Part shown: positions 9,552 through 20,063 of the stretch, piece by piece
Layout of the letters: every line of letters begins with the position of its first letter
Numbering within the stretch: position 1 is the stretch's first letter
Virus record (IMG/VR): IMGVR_UViG_3300045988_165115
Direction: 5' to 3' (one strand)
Source of the DNA: a virus
Taxonomy: Duplodnaviria > Heunggongvirae > Uroviricota > Caudoviricetes
DNA: 39,673 bases
Notes under the pieces: generated by a model
Databases searched by the model: none
The model's input: only the letters and a program-made list of their open reading frames with translations
Told to the model about the DNA's origin: nothing
Translations under genes and position numbers: made by a program

Positions 9552-11047
9552 TATGCAGACTCCTCTGAATACTGAAGACGGAACTGATTAACCACGGCAA
9601 AGACACGCAACTGGTTAACATAGTCAGGCGGGAACAGCGTATTCAGGCGGTTCGGATCGCTGGCATCACGCTCCACAACCAGGTACTGCTTAAAAAGTTC
9701 GTAGTTTTCCACGATCCCCGCACGCTCAAGCTGACGGTAGGTTGCCAGCAGTTCCCCTTTGATCACCGCCGGGGTGACAATCGCCTGACCGGGACCAAAG
9801 CGGGTACCGTCGCTGGCAAGCTTGTGACGCCCGTACTTACTGGTAATGACGGATTTCAGTTTGCGCAGTACATACGCACTGGTATGCAGCGTCTCGCTGT
9901 CGAGGTAGCTGTTATCCGCAACCCCGTAAGCGTTTTTCCTGTACGTGGTGACATCACGCTGAATGCGCAGCACCCCGCTTTCGACATACGCCGTTGCCAC
10001 GCCATGAGACAGCAGGGTCTGCTGCTCGGTCATCGTGAACCGTTTCCCCTTCGGCGCAGGCAGCATACCCACCAGCTCACCGGTCTGCGTGGGACGTGCA
10101 GGATCGTTGCGAATAAACACCGCTGCGCGGGCGGTACGGCTTGCCGCCAGCTCGTCGGCAGGCGTCTGGGTGTCTTTTTCGTACCCCGCCAGGGTAATGT
10201 GCTGCTGGTTAAACTGGTCACCTGCGGTCACCAGTTCTGACAGCGTGCCGATCTTTGCCGTATACACATGACCATACAGCTGACGCGCATAGCTCCAGCG
10301 ACCGCTGGTATCGTTCATCTCGGTCACCAGCGTGTTAACGGAGCCCGTGTCGTTGAACGGCAGGCCGATATAATCAAACGGCTCATCCGCCATTGCAGCC
10401 ACCGCGCCGGTGAGAACCGGAGCGCCCGTTCCGGCGGTCCCCGTCGCCACGGCAATCTGTACGCCCGCTGGCAGCACTTCGCCCCCACCAAAGCCGTAGT
10501 AATTGAGGCTGACAGGAATTTCATTCCCGCAAAGCCCCTTATGACGCGCGGTCAGTGTGACCACGCCAGCCGAAGATGAGGCCGTAAACGGCAGGGCCGG
10601 AACGGCATTGATGGCATCCTGGATACTGCTGGCAATCGTCGCGACGTTATCGCCGTTGGTCACCGATGCCTGCACGCGGGTACGTCCCACATAAACATTC
10701 ACCGTGCCGGTTTCGGTTGCCGCCCCGGTCACCGTCAGCGTAACCGTTGCCGCCGCGCCTGTGGCTTCCGGAACGGCAATCACATACAGCTCGCCAAACG
10801 GGTCAGTCTGGCGATAAGCCTCGACCATACGCGCCAGCTGACTTCCCGCACCACAAATCTGGCGTGCATAGTCTGCCGACGGCATCAGCACCAGACTGTT
10901 GGCAACAATCTCTGTACCGTTATTGGCGTGACCAATCAGCAACGATGCCCCGCTGTCCTGTGCAGTATTCGCCGCCTGGTTATCCATTTCCGCATAAAAC
11001 AGCGGAACCAGCGTATTCGACGGAATGGTGTTAAAGCTTATCGTCAT
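9551..11047 (-). CDS. contractile tail sheath protein (Mu gpL-like)
   Basis: 498 aa; size, Thr/Ala/Gly-rich composition and position upstream of the tube gene. Confidence 0.8.
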   Translation of the reverse strand: MTISFNTIPSNTLVPLFYAEMDNQAANTAQDSGASLLIGHANNGTEIVANSLVLMPSADYARQICGAGSQLARMVEAYRQTDPFGELYVIAVPEATGAAATVTLTVTGAATETGTVNVYVGRTRVQASVTNGDNVATIASSIQDAINAVPALPFTASSSAGVVTLTARHKGLCGNEIPVSLNYYGFGGGEVLPAGVQIAVATGTAGTGAPVLTGAVAAMADEPFDYIGLPFNDTGSVNTLVTEMNDTSGRWSYARQLYGHVYTAKIGTLSELVTAGDQFNQQHITLAGYEKDTQTPADELAASRTARAAVFIRNDPARPTQTGELVGMLPAPKGKRFTMTEQQTLLSHGVATAYVESGVLRIQRDVTTYRKNAYGVADNSYLDSETLHTSAYVLRKLKSVITSKYGRHKLASDGTRFGPGQAIVTPAVIKGELLATYRQLERAGIVENYELFKQYLVVERDASDPNRLNTLFPPDYVNQLRVFAVVNQFRLQYSEESA

Positions 11048-11209
11048 CGGTGTTCACCTTTTTATTCACGCGCCGGATATCACCCGCGGCTTCACGGCGC
11101 AGCCAGTAGTTGTTCTCATCAACATTTCGCCCCTCGGCGGGCAAAAGGTCGCCGCGGGCAGGGTCAGGAACTGACCGCCCTTTAACAGGTTTCACAAACA
11201 TGAAGATTC

Positions 11210-11770
11210 TCAGGAAGGAAGGGTTATTTCGGTGTGATATTCGATATCGCCGTCAGGCCCGTTACCGGGATCGAGATAATCAACATCAATCGCCAGCGTT
11301 CGCAGTTCATCCAGACTGTTCAGATCATCCTGCTGGCGGGTATCGTCTTCGGTCAGCTCGCTGATGACCGAAAAATCGAACTGATAAATCAGCTCATGAC
11401 GATTCAGATCCAGCAGCGTGCCGCCGTCATAGGTAATCGGGTTACCGCACGCCTCCGGGTTCCAGCCCAGCAGGGCCTTAAAGAGCATCTGCCGGACATC
11501 GTCCACCACATCATACGAGGCAAACTGACCGCGCTCATCACGCCCGTTACTCAGTATGACAACCACGGAGAAACCCTCTTTCAGCTCCTGCCAGTAGTCG
11601 GTCTGGCTTTTGTTTTCTCCCGGAGAATCATCACCCGGTACAACATATGCCGCCGGGAGTTTCAGCTTTCCGACCTCCGGCAGATTTTTGAACTGGGCCG
11701 CGCCTGCAACCCGGTTTTCAAAATACGGACAGCGGGCACGCAGTGCAGCAATAACAGGCGTCAGTTTCAT
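11210..11770 (-). CDS. Mu gp37-like virion protein (DUF1834-like)
   Basis: 186 aa upstream of the sheath gene; assignment from position and recalled family features. Confidence 0.45.
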   Translation of the reverse strand: MKLTPVIAALRARCPYFENRVAGAAQFKNLPEVGKLKLPAAYVVPGDDSPGENKSQTDYWQELKEGFSVVVILSNGRDERGQFASYDVVDDVRQMLFKALLGWNPEACGNPITYDGGTLLDLNRHELIYQFDFSVISELTEDDTRQQDDLNSLDELRTLAIDVDYLDPGNGPDGDIEYHTEITLPS

Positions 11771-12273
11771 CTGTGTCGTCGCTCCGGCTTCAGTGATTTA
11801 CGCAATTCCCGCGCCAGAAAATAGCGTGTCCAGCTGCGGTTCTTTTCAAGCGTTTCCACCATGAAGTTATTACGTGGAGCCAGTCGCCAGCCGCTGCCAC
11901 CGGATGCACCACGATGATGGCTGCGACGACGCTTTGCCCCTCGCCTCACACCATAGAACAAAAAAGCCGGATAAAAATCACCGCTGATACGGCGGTTTCC
12001 CTCTCCATTACGCTGGTTAGGGGCTATACGTGCCATAAAACCAGGGCGATGTTTACTGGCTCTGGGTACCATGTAACCAATCGAACGAGCCAGGCGTCCG
12101 GTCTGATAACCGGGGTTTTCACCCGGTGCCGACCGCGCACGGCGCATCACCAGCCGACGGGCATCACGCATATGACGCTGACCAATCGTGACAAACGCCC
12201 GCCGGACACGGGCGCGGTTAAAGCGCATCTCCGCGGGCTGCTGAAAATCAACGTGCAAAAAGGAAGTCGTCAT
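11767..12273 (-). CDS. HK97 gp10-like tail-completion / morphogenesis protein
   Basis: 168 aa, Arg-rich; follows the head-tail adaptor genes as in the HK97 gene order. Confidence 0.5.
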   Translation of the reverse strand: MTTSFLHVDFQQPAEMRFNRARVRRAFVTIGQRHMRDARRLVMRRARSAPGENPGYQTGRLARSIGYMVPRASKHRPGFMARIAPNQRNGEGNRRISGDFYPAFLFYGVRRGAKRRRSHHRGASGGSGWRLAPRNNFMVETLEKNRSWTRYFLARELRKSLKPERRHR

Positions 12274-12658
12274 TGTTGCCTCCGTGACTCTGCCTACATT
12301 CGCCCAGCTCCGTACACTCCAGCAGCAGAAAGCGCCGCGCCCCGTTCAGATCGCGCTGACGTTTCACCCGGTACACACTGTCACCGCAGACCACCTCATA
12401 ATCAGCGGTGATCCCCCGGCGATAACGAATGGTGATGTAATGGGTGATGGCGTCCCCTGTCTGCGCGGTTTCCTGCCAGGTGGTGGCACTGGTCTGGATA
12501 ACCTTCGCCCATGTCCGGAACGTAACCGGGTATTGAGGCTCCACGCCAAAGTTATCCGCGGGCATATCCACCCGCAGGCGGATCAGGACGCGTTTATTCA
12601 GTTCACCGGGGTCCGGCAGAATGTAGGTTGCGCTGGTCTGCGCCTGACGAATTTTCAT
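12248..12658 (-). CDS. head closure / head-tail adaptor protein
   Basis: 136 aa; position between the gp6-like and gp10-like genes. Confidence 0.55.
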   Translation of the reverse strand: MKIRQAQTSATYILPDPGELNKRVLIRLRVDMPADNFGVEPQYPVTFRTWAKVIQTSATTWQETAQTGDAITHYITIRYRRGITADYEVVCGDSVYRVKRQRDLNGARRFLLLECTELGECRQSHGGNNDDFLFAR

Positions 12659-12978
12659 TGCGGAAAGTACCTGTACGGGCCGACAAGCCAGCCAAAACTC
12701 TGCGGCATGTCGAGTTTCTCCACTTCCGTAACCGACGAGCGGTTTTCGTAAAAATGGCTGATAAGCATCAGCATCCCCAGACGAATATCATCCGGCAGGT
12801 GCAGCCCGTCCGGATCGCTGTCCGGAATGGTTTCATCCGGTGCATAGAGCTTCCGGTTCAGATACGTTTCCGTCCGCTTTTGTGCCGCACAGGCCAGCAG
12901 TTGCAGATGGCGGTCATCAGCATCGAAATCCTCATCCAGCCGGAGTTGGGCTTTAATCTCTTCCATTGTCAGAAGCAT
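12655..12978 (-). CDS. gp6-like head-tail connector protein
   Basis: 107 aa, acidic, first gene after the capsid block. Confidence 0.55.
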   Translation of the reverse strand: MLLTMEEIKAQLRLDEDFDADDRHLQLLACAAQKRTETYLNRKLYAPDETIPDSDPDGLHLPDDIRLGMLMLISHFYENRSSVTEVEKLDMPQSFGWLVGPYRYFPQ

Positions 12979-12980
12979 AC

Positions 12981-13181
12981 TCAGCCCTCTTTACTGGTCG
13001 TGGCTTTTTTCTCTTTTGCCGCTTTACTGCTTTTTGCACTGGTTCCGCGCTCTGCTAACCCGGCCTGAAGTGCAATCTCCTGCACCCGGGCAGGAAGCGC
13101 CCCGTCGTCATACTCACCGGCCCGAATGACCTCAACACGCATACCGTCCGGTGACCATTTCAGATCTTGTTTCAGGATCAT
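12981..13181 (-). CDS. small hypothetical protein with a Lys-rich tail
   Basis: 66 aa ORF filling the gap between capsid and connector genes, same strand; no family recognised. Confidence 0.35.
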   Translation of the reverse strand: MILKQDLKWSPDGMRVEVIRAGEYDDGALPARVQEIALQAGLAERGTSAKSSKAAKEKKATTSKEG

Positions 13182-13230
13182 GATTCTTCACCCGCCAGAA
13201 CAGGGGGCGCGGTTCCGCGCCCCTGAGTGA

Positions 13231-14436
13231 TTACGCCGCTGCAATCTTCAGCAGTTTGATGGCCTGCGAATCGACCAGCATCCCGCCGGTGCGCTTGGTG
13301 GTATAAAAACCGACAAACGGTTTATTGGTGTACGGGTCACGCAGAATGCGGGTGCCGATACGGTCAACGATGGTGTAACCCCGTTTGAAGTTACCAAATG
13401 CAATGGCTTTCGCATCAGCGGCGATATCCGGCATCTGTTCGTTTTCAGCGATACCGTAACCCGCCAGAGAGGACGGCTGCCCCAGTTCCAGCCCCGGACG
13501 CCACAGATAGTTACCCTCGGTGTCTTTCAGCAGACGGATGGCAAACAGGCTGTTGTTGTTCATCATGAACTTCGCGCCGGTGCGGTGTGCCTTACGCAGC
13601 GTGTAAATCAGTTTGATAATGGCGTCTGCGGTCACCGCAGTCGCGTCGCCGGATACAATATGCTGAAGTTTGCCGAACGCCCGGACCTTATCGGTTTCAT
13701 CCGTGGATTCATACGCCAGGAACCCTTTCGGCTTCTTGGTACCATCGCCGGTGGTAAAGGCAATTTCTTCCTGTTCGGCAAATTCGGTTGCCAGCTCGCT
13801 GTTGATCCATGCTTCCACGTTGAAAAAGGCATCATCCAGCATTTTCTGGGTGGCCTGCGGGTTACCGTAGATTTCCCCCATGAAAGGTTCAATCAGGCCC
13901 AGTTTTGAGGTGGCAGTCTGGGAGCGCGCGTCAGTCTCGCCAACCCATCCGGAAGCCGTGCCGCCCAGATTCACCAGTTTTTTGTAGTCGGAACCACCAA
14001 CGGTGATCACCGTGGCTTCCTGGCGCATCACCACTTCATCTTTCAGCAGGGTCAGAATGTTGCGATCCAGCGCTTCCGGCACGGCATAGCCGCCGTCTTC
14101 ATCGGTGCCCACCTGTAATGCCTTGCGCTCCAGATCGCGCAGACCATCTTCACGGCCTTTACGCAGGAAGCCCACAAACGCTTCTTTATGCTCGGTGGTC
14201 AGTTTATTTTGCGCACCACCTGCCGGACGTTTCAGCTCAAGCAGCTCTTTTTCAAGATCGCTTTTGAGGTTTTCCAGCTCGCTGAGTTTTCCGTTCAGGG
14301 TTTCCACCTGCCCGGCAAGCTTGCCTTTTTCCTGCTCAATCGCATCCACGCGCTTGTCGTTCTTTGCTTTGAAGTCGTCAAACTTCTGCTGCAGCTCCTG
14401 CGCGACCTGTTCGACATCTTTAATATCAACCGCCAT
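13231..14436 (-). CDS. major capsid protein, HK97 family
   Basis: 401 aa with an N-terminal coiled-coil delta-domain-like region (ELQQKFDDFKAK...LELKRP) and follows the prohead protease gene. Confidence 0.85.
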   Translation of the reverse strand: MAVDIKDVEQVAQELQQKFDDFKAKNDKRVDAIEQEKGKLAGQVETLNGKLSELENLKSDLEKELLELKRPAGGAQNKLTTEHKEAFVGFLRKGREDGLRDLERKALQVGTDEDGGYAVPEALDRNILTLLKDEVVMRQEATVITVGGSDYKKLVNLGGTASGWVGETDARSQTATSKLGLIEPFMGEIYGNPQATQKMLDDAFFNVEAWINSELATEFAEQEEIAFTTGDGTKKPKGFLAYESTDETDKVRAFGKLQHIVSGDATAVTADAIIKLIYTLRKAHRTGAKFMMNNNSLFAIRLLKDTEGNYLWRPGLELGQPSSLAGYGIAENEQMPDIAADAKAIAFGNFKRGYTIVDRIGTRILRDPYTNKPFVGFYTTKRTGGMLVDSQAIKLLKIAAA

Positions 14437-14450
14437 CGTATTTCTCCTGA

Positions 14451-15137
14451 TTAGAAGTTCAGATTTTTCAGTGCATTCAGTGCAGAGCCCACATCCTCAG
14501 CGTCGCGCAGGGACAGTGCGCCATAGCCCCCGGCCATGAATGCTTTGGCCTGGGTACGGGAGAGTCCGACATCACGCAGGACTCTTTCGATTTTTTTCTG
14601 TTCGGGGATTTCCCCGCGGGCCAGTGCGTTCTTGACGTCGCTGATCCGCGCCTCGTCGTTAGACGGGAACGTCACCAGGCTGACTTCCCAGAGGTCGATT
14701 TCTTTCAGCAGAAAGGCTTCTTTGCTCCGGTCGTATTCCCAGTCTTTCAGGACGTACCCAATAGAAAGGCCGGTTAACGAACCGGCCTTCATGTGTGCAT
14801 GTGCGCGTTTTGCGAGGGGATCATCATCAATAAGCAACCGTCCCCTGACGTAAAGCCCGACATCGTCTTCCTTCATTTCGGTGTAAACACCGATGGGTTC
14901 ATCCATGCGGTGCTGCCAGAGCAGCGCAGGTAACGCTTTTCTGTCACTCCACGCCCGCAGGGAAGCAGCAAATGCCCCGGACATCACCACATCATCGTGG
15001 CTGTCCTTTACACCAAAGACGGAGCCATACCCTTCAAACTCACCGGAGTCACTGACAGATTTCAGACTCAGCGGTACATCAAGACGTTGTTTCGTCTGCA
15101 TTGGCGTTATCCTTCTGCTTACCGGCTTTACTGCCAT
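14451..15137 (-). CDS. prohead serine protease, HK97 family
   Basis: 228 aa between portal and capsid genes; overlaps the portal 3' end. Confidence 0.8.
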   Translation of the reverse strand: MAVKPVSRRITPMQTKQRLDVPLSLKSVSDSGEFEGYGSVFGVKDSHDDVVMSGAFAASLRAWSDRKALPALLWQHRMDEPIGVYTEMKEDDVGLYVRGRLLIDDDPLAKRAHAHMKAGSLTGLSIGYVLKDWEYDRSKEAFLLKEIDLWEVSLVTFPSNDEARISDVKNALARGEIPEQKKIERVLRDVGLSRTQAKAFMAGGYGALSLRDAEDVGSALNALKNLNF

Positions 15138-16320
15138 CGGAGGGTTTCGTGGTCATGTTCATCGGTGTGAGATAGACATCCCCACCGGGACGCGGATTCA
15201 TATCTTCCAGGTCGCGGCAGTCATTGGGAGAGTAAATTCCCCAGTTAATCCCGGTGGCGTAGGCTTCAAAACGGGACTTCATATCCCCGCGCAGTAACGC
15301 CCCGGCGTTAAATTTGGCGTAATAAACGCCCTGCTTACTTTTTCGTACCAGTCCGGTGTTGATCCGCTGTTCGATGCGGGTCAGATACGGCACCAGTGAA
15401 TAGTTGATAAATCCCAGCCCCAGCTCTTCGATATTGTTGAAGGTGGCGCGATCGGTGTTCTGCACCATGTGCAACGGCACCCGGAACAGACGACAGATTT
15501 CTTCAAGCTGAAACTTGCGGGTTTCCAGGAACTGGCTGTCCTCGGCGTTCAGCGCCATCGACTTCCAGTCCAGCCCCATCTCAAGGATCATCGGGCGGTG
15601 AGCATTGCCAAGCCCGGTGTGACGCTCCTCAAAATCTTTCTTCAGGCGCTCATAAGCCTGATCTGACAGCGTCTGCTCTGTACGCAACACACCCGACGTC
15701 ACCGCGCCATTGCTGAACAGTCTGGCCCCGTGCTCTTCGGTCGCTGCCGCCAGCGATATTGCCTCGCGGGCATAGGCGATGGGATTCAGCCCCACCAGTC
15801 CGTCCAGCGTCAGCGTGCGCACATGCCAGATATCCTCCTGGCTCAGTACATCCGTGGAGCCATCCGGGAATGTGACCTGATAGACCGGCTCCCAGCTACT
15901 GTTAAGCTTCGGTACCACACAGCCGGGATCGACGGGCAGCAGTTCAGCCACTTCGCCAAATGCTTTCACTTTGTAGGCGTAAAAGTTTCCCCGCAGGCAC
16001 AGACAGGTGACCACCAGCTCCCAGAACTCCTGCGGCGTCATATAGCCATTGGGATGCGTGGAGATCAGCTTATGCAGACGTTCGCCAGTGGCTCTCTGCT
16101 TCAGGCTGCCGTTCAGGTGATACAGGTTGCAGGGCAACATCCCGACCGACTCCGCCAGCACCCTGACACAGGAAAAAACCGCCGTCAGTCGCATGGCCCG
16201 CTGGCTGCTGATCTGCTTTCCGGTATAGGTGTCGTAGGACAACCCGATAGCATCCGCCAGCTCTGCTGGCGTGGTCACCGGTGCGTCACTTTTTTGTTGA
16301 AATAATCCCGAAAAGAACAC
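15079..16320 (-). CDS. portal protein, HK97 family
   Basis: 413 aa downstream of the large terminase. Confidence 0.85.
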   Translation of the reverse strand: MFFSGLFQQKSDAPVTTPAELADAIGLSYDTYTGKQISSQRAMRLTAVFSCVRVLAESVGMLPCNLYHLNGSLKQRATGERLHKLISTHPNGYMTPQEFWELVVTCLCLRGNFYAYKVKAFGEVAELLPVDPGCVVPKLNSSWEPVYQVTFPDGSTDVLSQEDIWHVRTLTLDGLVGLNPIAYAREAISLAAATEEHGARLFSNGAVTSGVLRTEQTLSDQAYERLKKDFEERHTGLGNAHRPMILEMGLDWKSMALNAEDSQFLETRKFQLEEICRLFRVPLHMVQNTDRATFNNIEELGLGFINYSLVPYLTRIEQRINTGLVRKSKQGVYYAKFNAGALLRGDMKSRFEAYATGINWGIYSPNDCRDLEDMNPRPGGDVYLTPMNMTTKPSDGSKAGKQKDNANADETTS

Positions 16321-16502
16321 TATTTACCTCCGCCGACAGACGACTGTGTACGGTCGAGATATCGCGCCACCAGCCACGACCAGAACAGGCACAACGCCCC
16401 GGCAACAACAAACCCCGCCGGGGGATAAATCAGCCAGGCACCATACGCCAGCAAAAGCGCCCCCAGCACGCCCACCAGAGGCGCGAGAATCAGCATGATC
16501 AT
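16320..16502 (-). CDS. small membrane protein with two predicted transmembrane helices
   Basis: 60 aa, two hydrophobic helices; lies between terminase and portal with a 1-nt overlap onto the portal start. Confidence 0.4.
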
Positions 16503-16513
16503 AATTACCTCAG

Positions 16514-18247
16514 TTAAAGCGAGCGGATCCCATAGGACTCAATGTGGTCAGACAGCGTGTCTTCTTTCTCGTACAGCATGGCTCTGCCAACCGCCATAAT
16601 CAGCGCAACTGCACCATCGATTTTGTTTTCCGCCTGCTCTTTGACGGGCTTCACCACATCATCGTTACCCGGAATGGTTTTGCCGACCACGTTGCCGATA
16701 CACCAGGTCATGATGGGATTGCCATCATGATGAAAGCGCCCCGATTCAATTGCCGCTTCCAGCTCTTTCATCGGGTCGGACATGTTGGTGTAGTTCTGAA
16801 TGATAGTGATGGGGTTCAGGTCTTCATCAGCAAGGTCATGTGACAACCCGGTCGCCCCGAAGGGGTCGATGGGTGACTCACTGACCGGGCTGATTTTGTT
16901 CGCCGCTTTGGCCTCCTCGAGGATGTAGCGATAATCCACCTCCGCACCATCGGTAACGGTCAGAACGCCCATTTCCACCCATTTCTGAAAGCGTTCGGCT
17001 GTCCGTCGATCTTCATTTTTCTCGACGCTGTACACCGTGTCATACGGTACCCAGAAACGCGGGGCCACACTGTAGTAATGCGTTTTACCGTCAATCTCGC
17101 GGGTATAAAGTCGCGCCATGCTGTTCATATCCAGCTTACGCGCCAGGTCAAAGGCCAGAATGCACGGCTGCCCCTCGAACTGCTCAAGGGTCAGTGATTT
17201 ATCCTCGCAGCTCTGCCAGCTCACCAGGTTGAAATACGCCGAACGCGCCGACACCCAGATATTGAGGTGTTTTGTTTTAAAGACGTTTGCCAGACGGGCG
17301 TTATTTTTCGCACGCTGCTGCTGACTTAACAAAAATTCGCGATAAACCGACACGCCAATATTCGGGTTAGCTTTTTCCAGCACCTGCGGGTCAGTCCAGT
17401 CATCGCCTTCGTCAACGGTATAGATGATCCCGAACAGTTCATCGTTGGGTACCGACCCGTTGAGCATCTCGATAACTTCCCGTCGCTTGTCGTAGCACGG
17501 CCCCTCAATGTTGTACCCGGCAGTAGTAATGGCCCACATCAGTGGCTGACGTCGCGCCCCCATCCCGGTAAGCATCGTGGTGTAAAGCGCATCGGTGGCG
17601 TGCTCGTGATATTCATCCACCACCGCACAGTGGGGTGATGAACCATCACCGGGGTTACCGATCAGCGGTTCAAACCGCGCGCCATCCTCCGGACGATTCA
17701 TGTTTGAGGCGTTAACCTCAATCCCGAACGCTTCCGTCAGCATGGGTGTGCGTTTACACATCAGTCTTGCCGGACGAAAGACTTCCCATGCCTGTTTCTC
17801 CGTCGTGGCACCGGAATACACTTCCGCGCCGAACTCGTTATCACAGGCAAAACAATACAGGGCGACACCGGCAGAGATTGCTGATTTGCCGTTCTTACGG
17901 GGGATTTCGGTATACACCTCCCGGAAGCGGCGCAGCCGGGAGCCTTTATTGACCCAGCCAAACGCGCAGCAGATCACAAAGAGCTGCCACGGCTCCAGCG
18001 TGATGGGCATCCTCTTGAATGCCCACTCACCCTTGGTGTGCGGCAACAGCTGAATAAATTTGGCGGCCCGTTCAGCCAGGTCCTTGTCGAAGCGGTAACG
18101 AAACGACTTACTTTTTTCCGCCATCAGGTCATCAAGATGGCGCTGGCAGGCCTGAATCACAAACTGGCAGGCCACAATCTTTCCGCGCACGACATCCCGG
18201 GCATACTGATTGGCAGCATTTACGTTGGGGTAAGATTTCCGGCTCAT
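16514..18247 (-). CDS. terminase large subunit
   Basis: 577 aa with an ATPase-like N-terminal half and nuclease-like C-terminal half; immediately after the small subunit. Confidence 0.85.
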
Positions 18248-18747
18248 GATTCGATGATTTTCAGAAACGGGTTAGTGGCTTTCTTCTGCCCCGCCAGGCC
18301 AATCAGACGCTGGCGGCTGCTGGGGTCGAGTCCGAGCATTGCCCCCGTGCTGCTCATCTCGGACTCCTGTTCTTTTTTGGCTGTCAGCTCCGGATTTTTG
18401 ACCCTGCCGCCCATTGCGCCGGTGATGGTGTTGCCCTGTATGGCAATATTTTTCACAGCACGTCGCCAGAACTCATAGGCCACGCACCACCGCTCAAGCA
18501 CCGCGAGGTCAGTCACGCACAGCAGGCCCTGACCGCAGAGTTCTTTGGTTGTCAGTTGCCACATGATCGTGGCGAGAGGGAGATCTTCTTCAGCGAACCA
18601 CTCCGGTGGCTCAACACCTTTGATGGGCGTAAAAACAGGTTCATCTTTGTTCAGGGCTCGCTTGCCGGGATTTCCGGCCAGCGCCTTGCGCGCCGTTGGC
18701 TTGGGGCGACGCCCGGAACGCCCCGCCGTTCCAGCCATATGCGGCAC
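18244..18747 (-). CDS. terminase small subunit (P27-type)
   Basis: 167 aa, basic N-terminus; 4-nt overlap with the large subunit start. Confidence 0.7.
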   Translation of the reverse strand: MPHMAGTAGRSGRRPKPTARKALAGNPGKRALNKDEPVFTPIKGVEPPEWFAEEDLPLATIMWQLTTKELCGQGLLCVTDLAVLERWCVAYEFWRRAVKNIAIQGNTITGAMGGRVKNPELTAKKEQESEMSSTGAMLGLDPSSRQRLIGLAGQKKATNPFLKIIES

Positions 18748-18863
18748 TCCTGGTTAAATTTCATTTTTCGCGGGTATAAAAAAACGATGGGGCGGGCAGT
18801 CCGGAAGACGTCAGGCCGCAGGGATTTGACCCGCCCCTCCCCTCAGGCAGTTGAGAATCATTA

Positions 18864-19214
18864 TCACTTCAACCGTTCACGGGCCGTCTTCGCCTTATGA
18901 CACGGCCAGCACAGACTCTGCAGATTACAGTCGGCATCAGTGCCGCCATGCGATTTAGGGATGATGTGGTCAACGGTCTTCGCCTCACGCACCACACCAG
19001 CACGCAGACATAACTGACACAGGCCTTTGTCACGCTTCAGGACACGCGCGCGGATACTGTCCCACTTCGAACCGTAGCCGCGCTGATGACGGGATTGTCC
19101 AGGTTTGTATTGCTTCCAGCCTTCGCTTTTGTGGCTTTCGCAGTAGCCTGAAGGGTCCGTGGTTGTAGAGCGGCAGCCGCGAACACGGCAGGCTTTTGGG
19201 GTTCGTGGGGGCAT
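18864..19214 (-). CDS. HNH endonuclease (terminase-associated)
   Basis: 116 aa with CxxC...HIIPKSHGG...CWPCH zinc-finger/HNH motifs, upstream of the terminase genes as in HK97-like cos phages. Confidence 0.8.
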   Translation of the reverse strand: MPPRTPKACRVRGCRSTTTDPSGYCESHKSEGWKQYKPGQSRHQRGYGSKWDSIRARVLKRDKGLCQLCLRAGVVREAKTVDHIIPKSHGGTDADCNLQSLCWPCHKAKTARERLK

Positions 19215-19738
19215 ATGTACTCCAATGAAGAAACCAGCGAAATAGCTGCCTTCATTCGTAGTAAACCTTTTTCATCAACGCAGTAATGGATTCTTTGAAG
19301 AGTCGCAATCAATACAACTCACTAATGGAGAGACTTGTCTCACGCATGAGACAAATTTCCCGTTTGAATTAATGGACACTATAGAGGGACAGAATGCCTT
19401 CCTCACTCGAATCACATCAATTAAGGAAGTTCAACATGTTTCATTCCACAAGTCATCAGGCTGTAATTATGGCAGCATCAGTTTGTGCCACAGACCTTTT
19501 CCGCTTCACTTTGAGCCTGATTCATTTCTACCTGACCGGCTCGCTTCTATCTTTTTAATCCCCGCTTTATCCAAATTGCATTGCCAGAATGCCGACAACA
19601 GACTGACATTCAAATCCTGACTACCTCCAATAGTCTGACCGTACACCTATATAGTTTTAATTTTCATCAATCCATTTAACTATCGTTTAATTGTTGTCAC
19701 ATAGGATTCTGCCGTTTTTAACAATGCAGGATAATAAG

Positions 19739-20032
19739 ATGAAAAAAATGTTGTTTTCTGCCGCTCTGGCAATGCTTATTACAGGATGTGCTCAACAGAC
19801 GTTTACTGTTGGAAACAAACCTACAGCAGTAACACCAAAGGAAACCATCACCCATCATTTCTTCGTTTCGGGAATTGGACAGCAGAAAACTGTTGATGCA
19901 GCCAAAATTTGTGGCGGCGCAGAAAATGTTGTTAAAACAGAAACCCAGCAAACATTCGTAAATGGATTGCTCGGTTTTATTACTTTAGGCATTTATACTC
20001 CGCTGGAAGCGCGTGTGTATTGCTCACAATAA
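19739..20032 (+). CDS. bor: Bor lipoprotein (serum-resistance factor)
   Basis: Translation MKKMLFSAALAMLITGCAQQTFTV... is nearly identical to lambda Bor as recalled; lipobox LITGC; AGGA Shine-Dalgarno 7 nt upstream; opposite to the lysis genes as in lambda. Confidence 0.9.
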   Translation: MKKMLFSAALAMLITGCAQQTFTVGNKPTAVTPKETITHHFFVSGIGQQKTVDAAKICGGAENVVKTETQQTFVNGLLGFITLGIYTPLEARVYCSQ

Positions 20033-20063
20033 TTGCATGAGTTGCCCATCGATATGGGCAGCT

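Noticed and set aside
9824-10579. Several plus- and minus-strand ORFs inside the tail sheath gene
   Set aside because: Alternate frames of the sheath gene; Arg/Cys-rich artefactual translations.
11234-12751. Plus-strand ORFs of 196, 165 and 155 aa
   Set aside because: Antisense to the translationally coupled gp37-like, gp10-like and adaptor genes.
14105-15297. Plus-strand ORFs (144, 88, 105, 134 aa) across the capsid, protease and portal genes
   Set aside because: Ser/Cys/Arg-rich low-complexity translations antisense to strongly supported head genes.
15730-16305. 191-aa plus-strand ORF
   Set aside because: Antisense to the portal gene.
16542-18478. Multiple short ORFs on both strands within the terminase genes
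   Set aside because: Alternate frames of terL/terS; no independent support.
19037-19312. 91-aa minus-strand ORF overlapping the HNH gene
   Set aside because: Alternate frame overlapping the HNH endonuclease, which has clear motifs; extends into non-coding DNA without a start context.
19372-19620. 82-aa plus-strand ORF in the HNH-bor intergenic region
   Set aside because: No Shine-Dalgarno sequence and no family resemblance; the region is more likely cos/regulatory.
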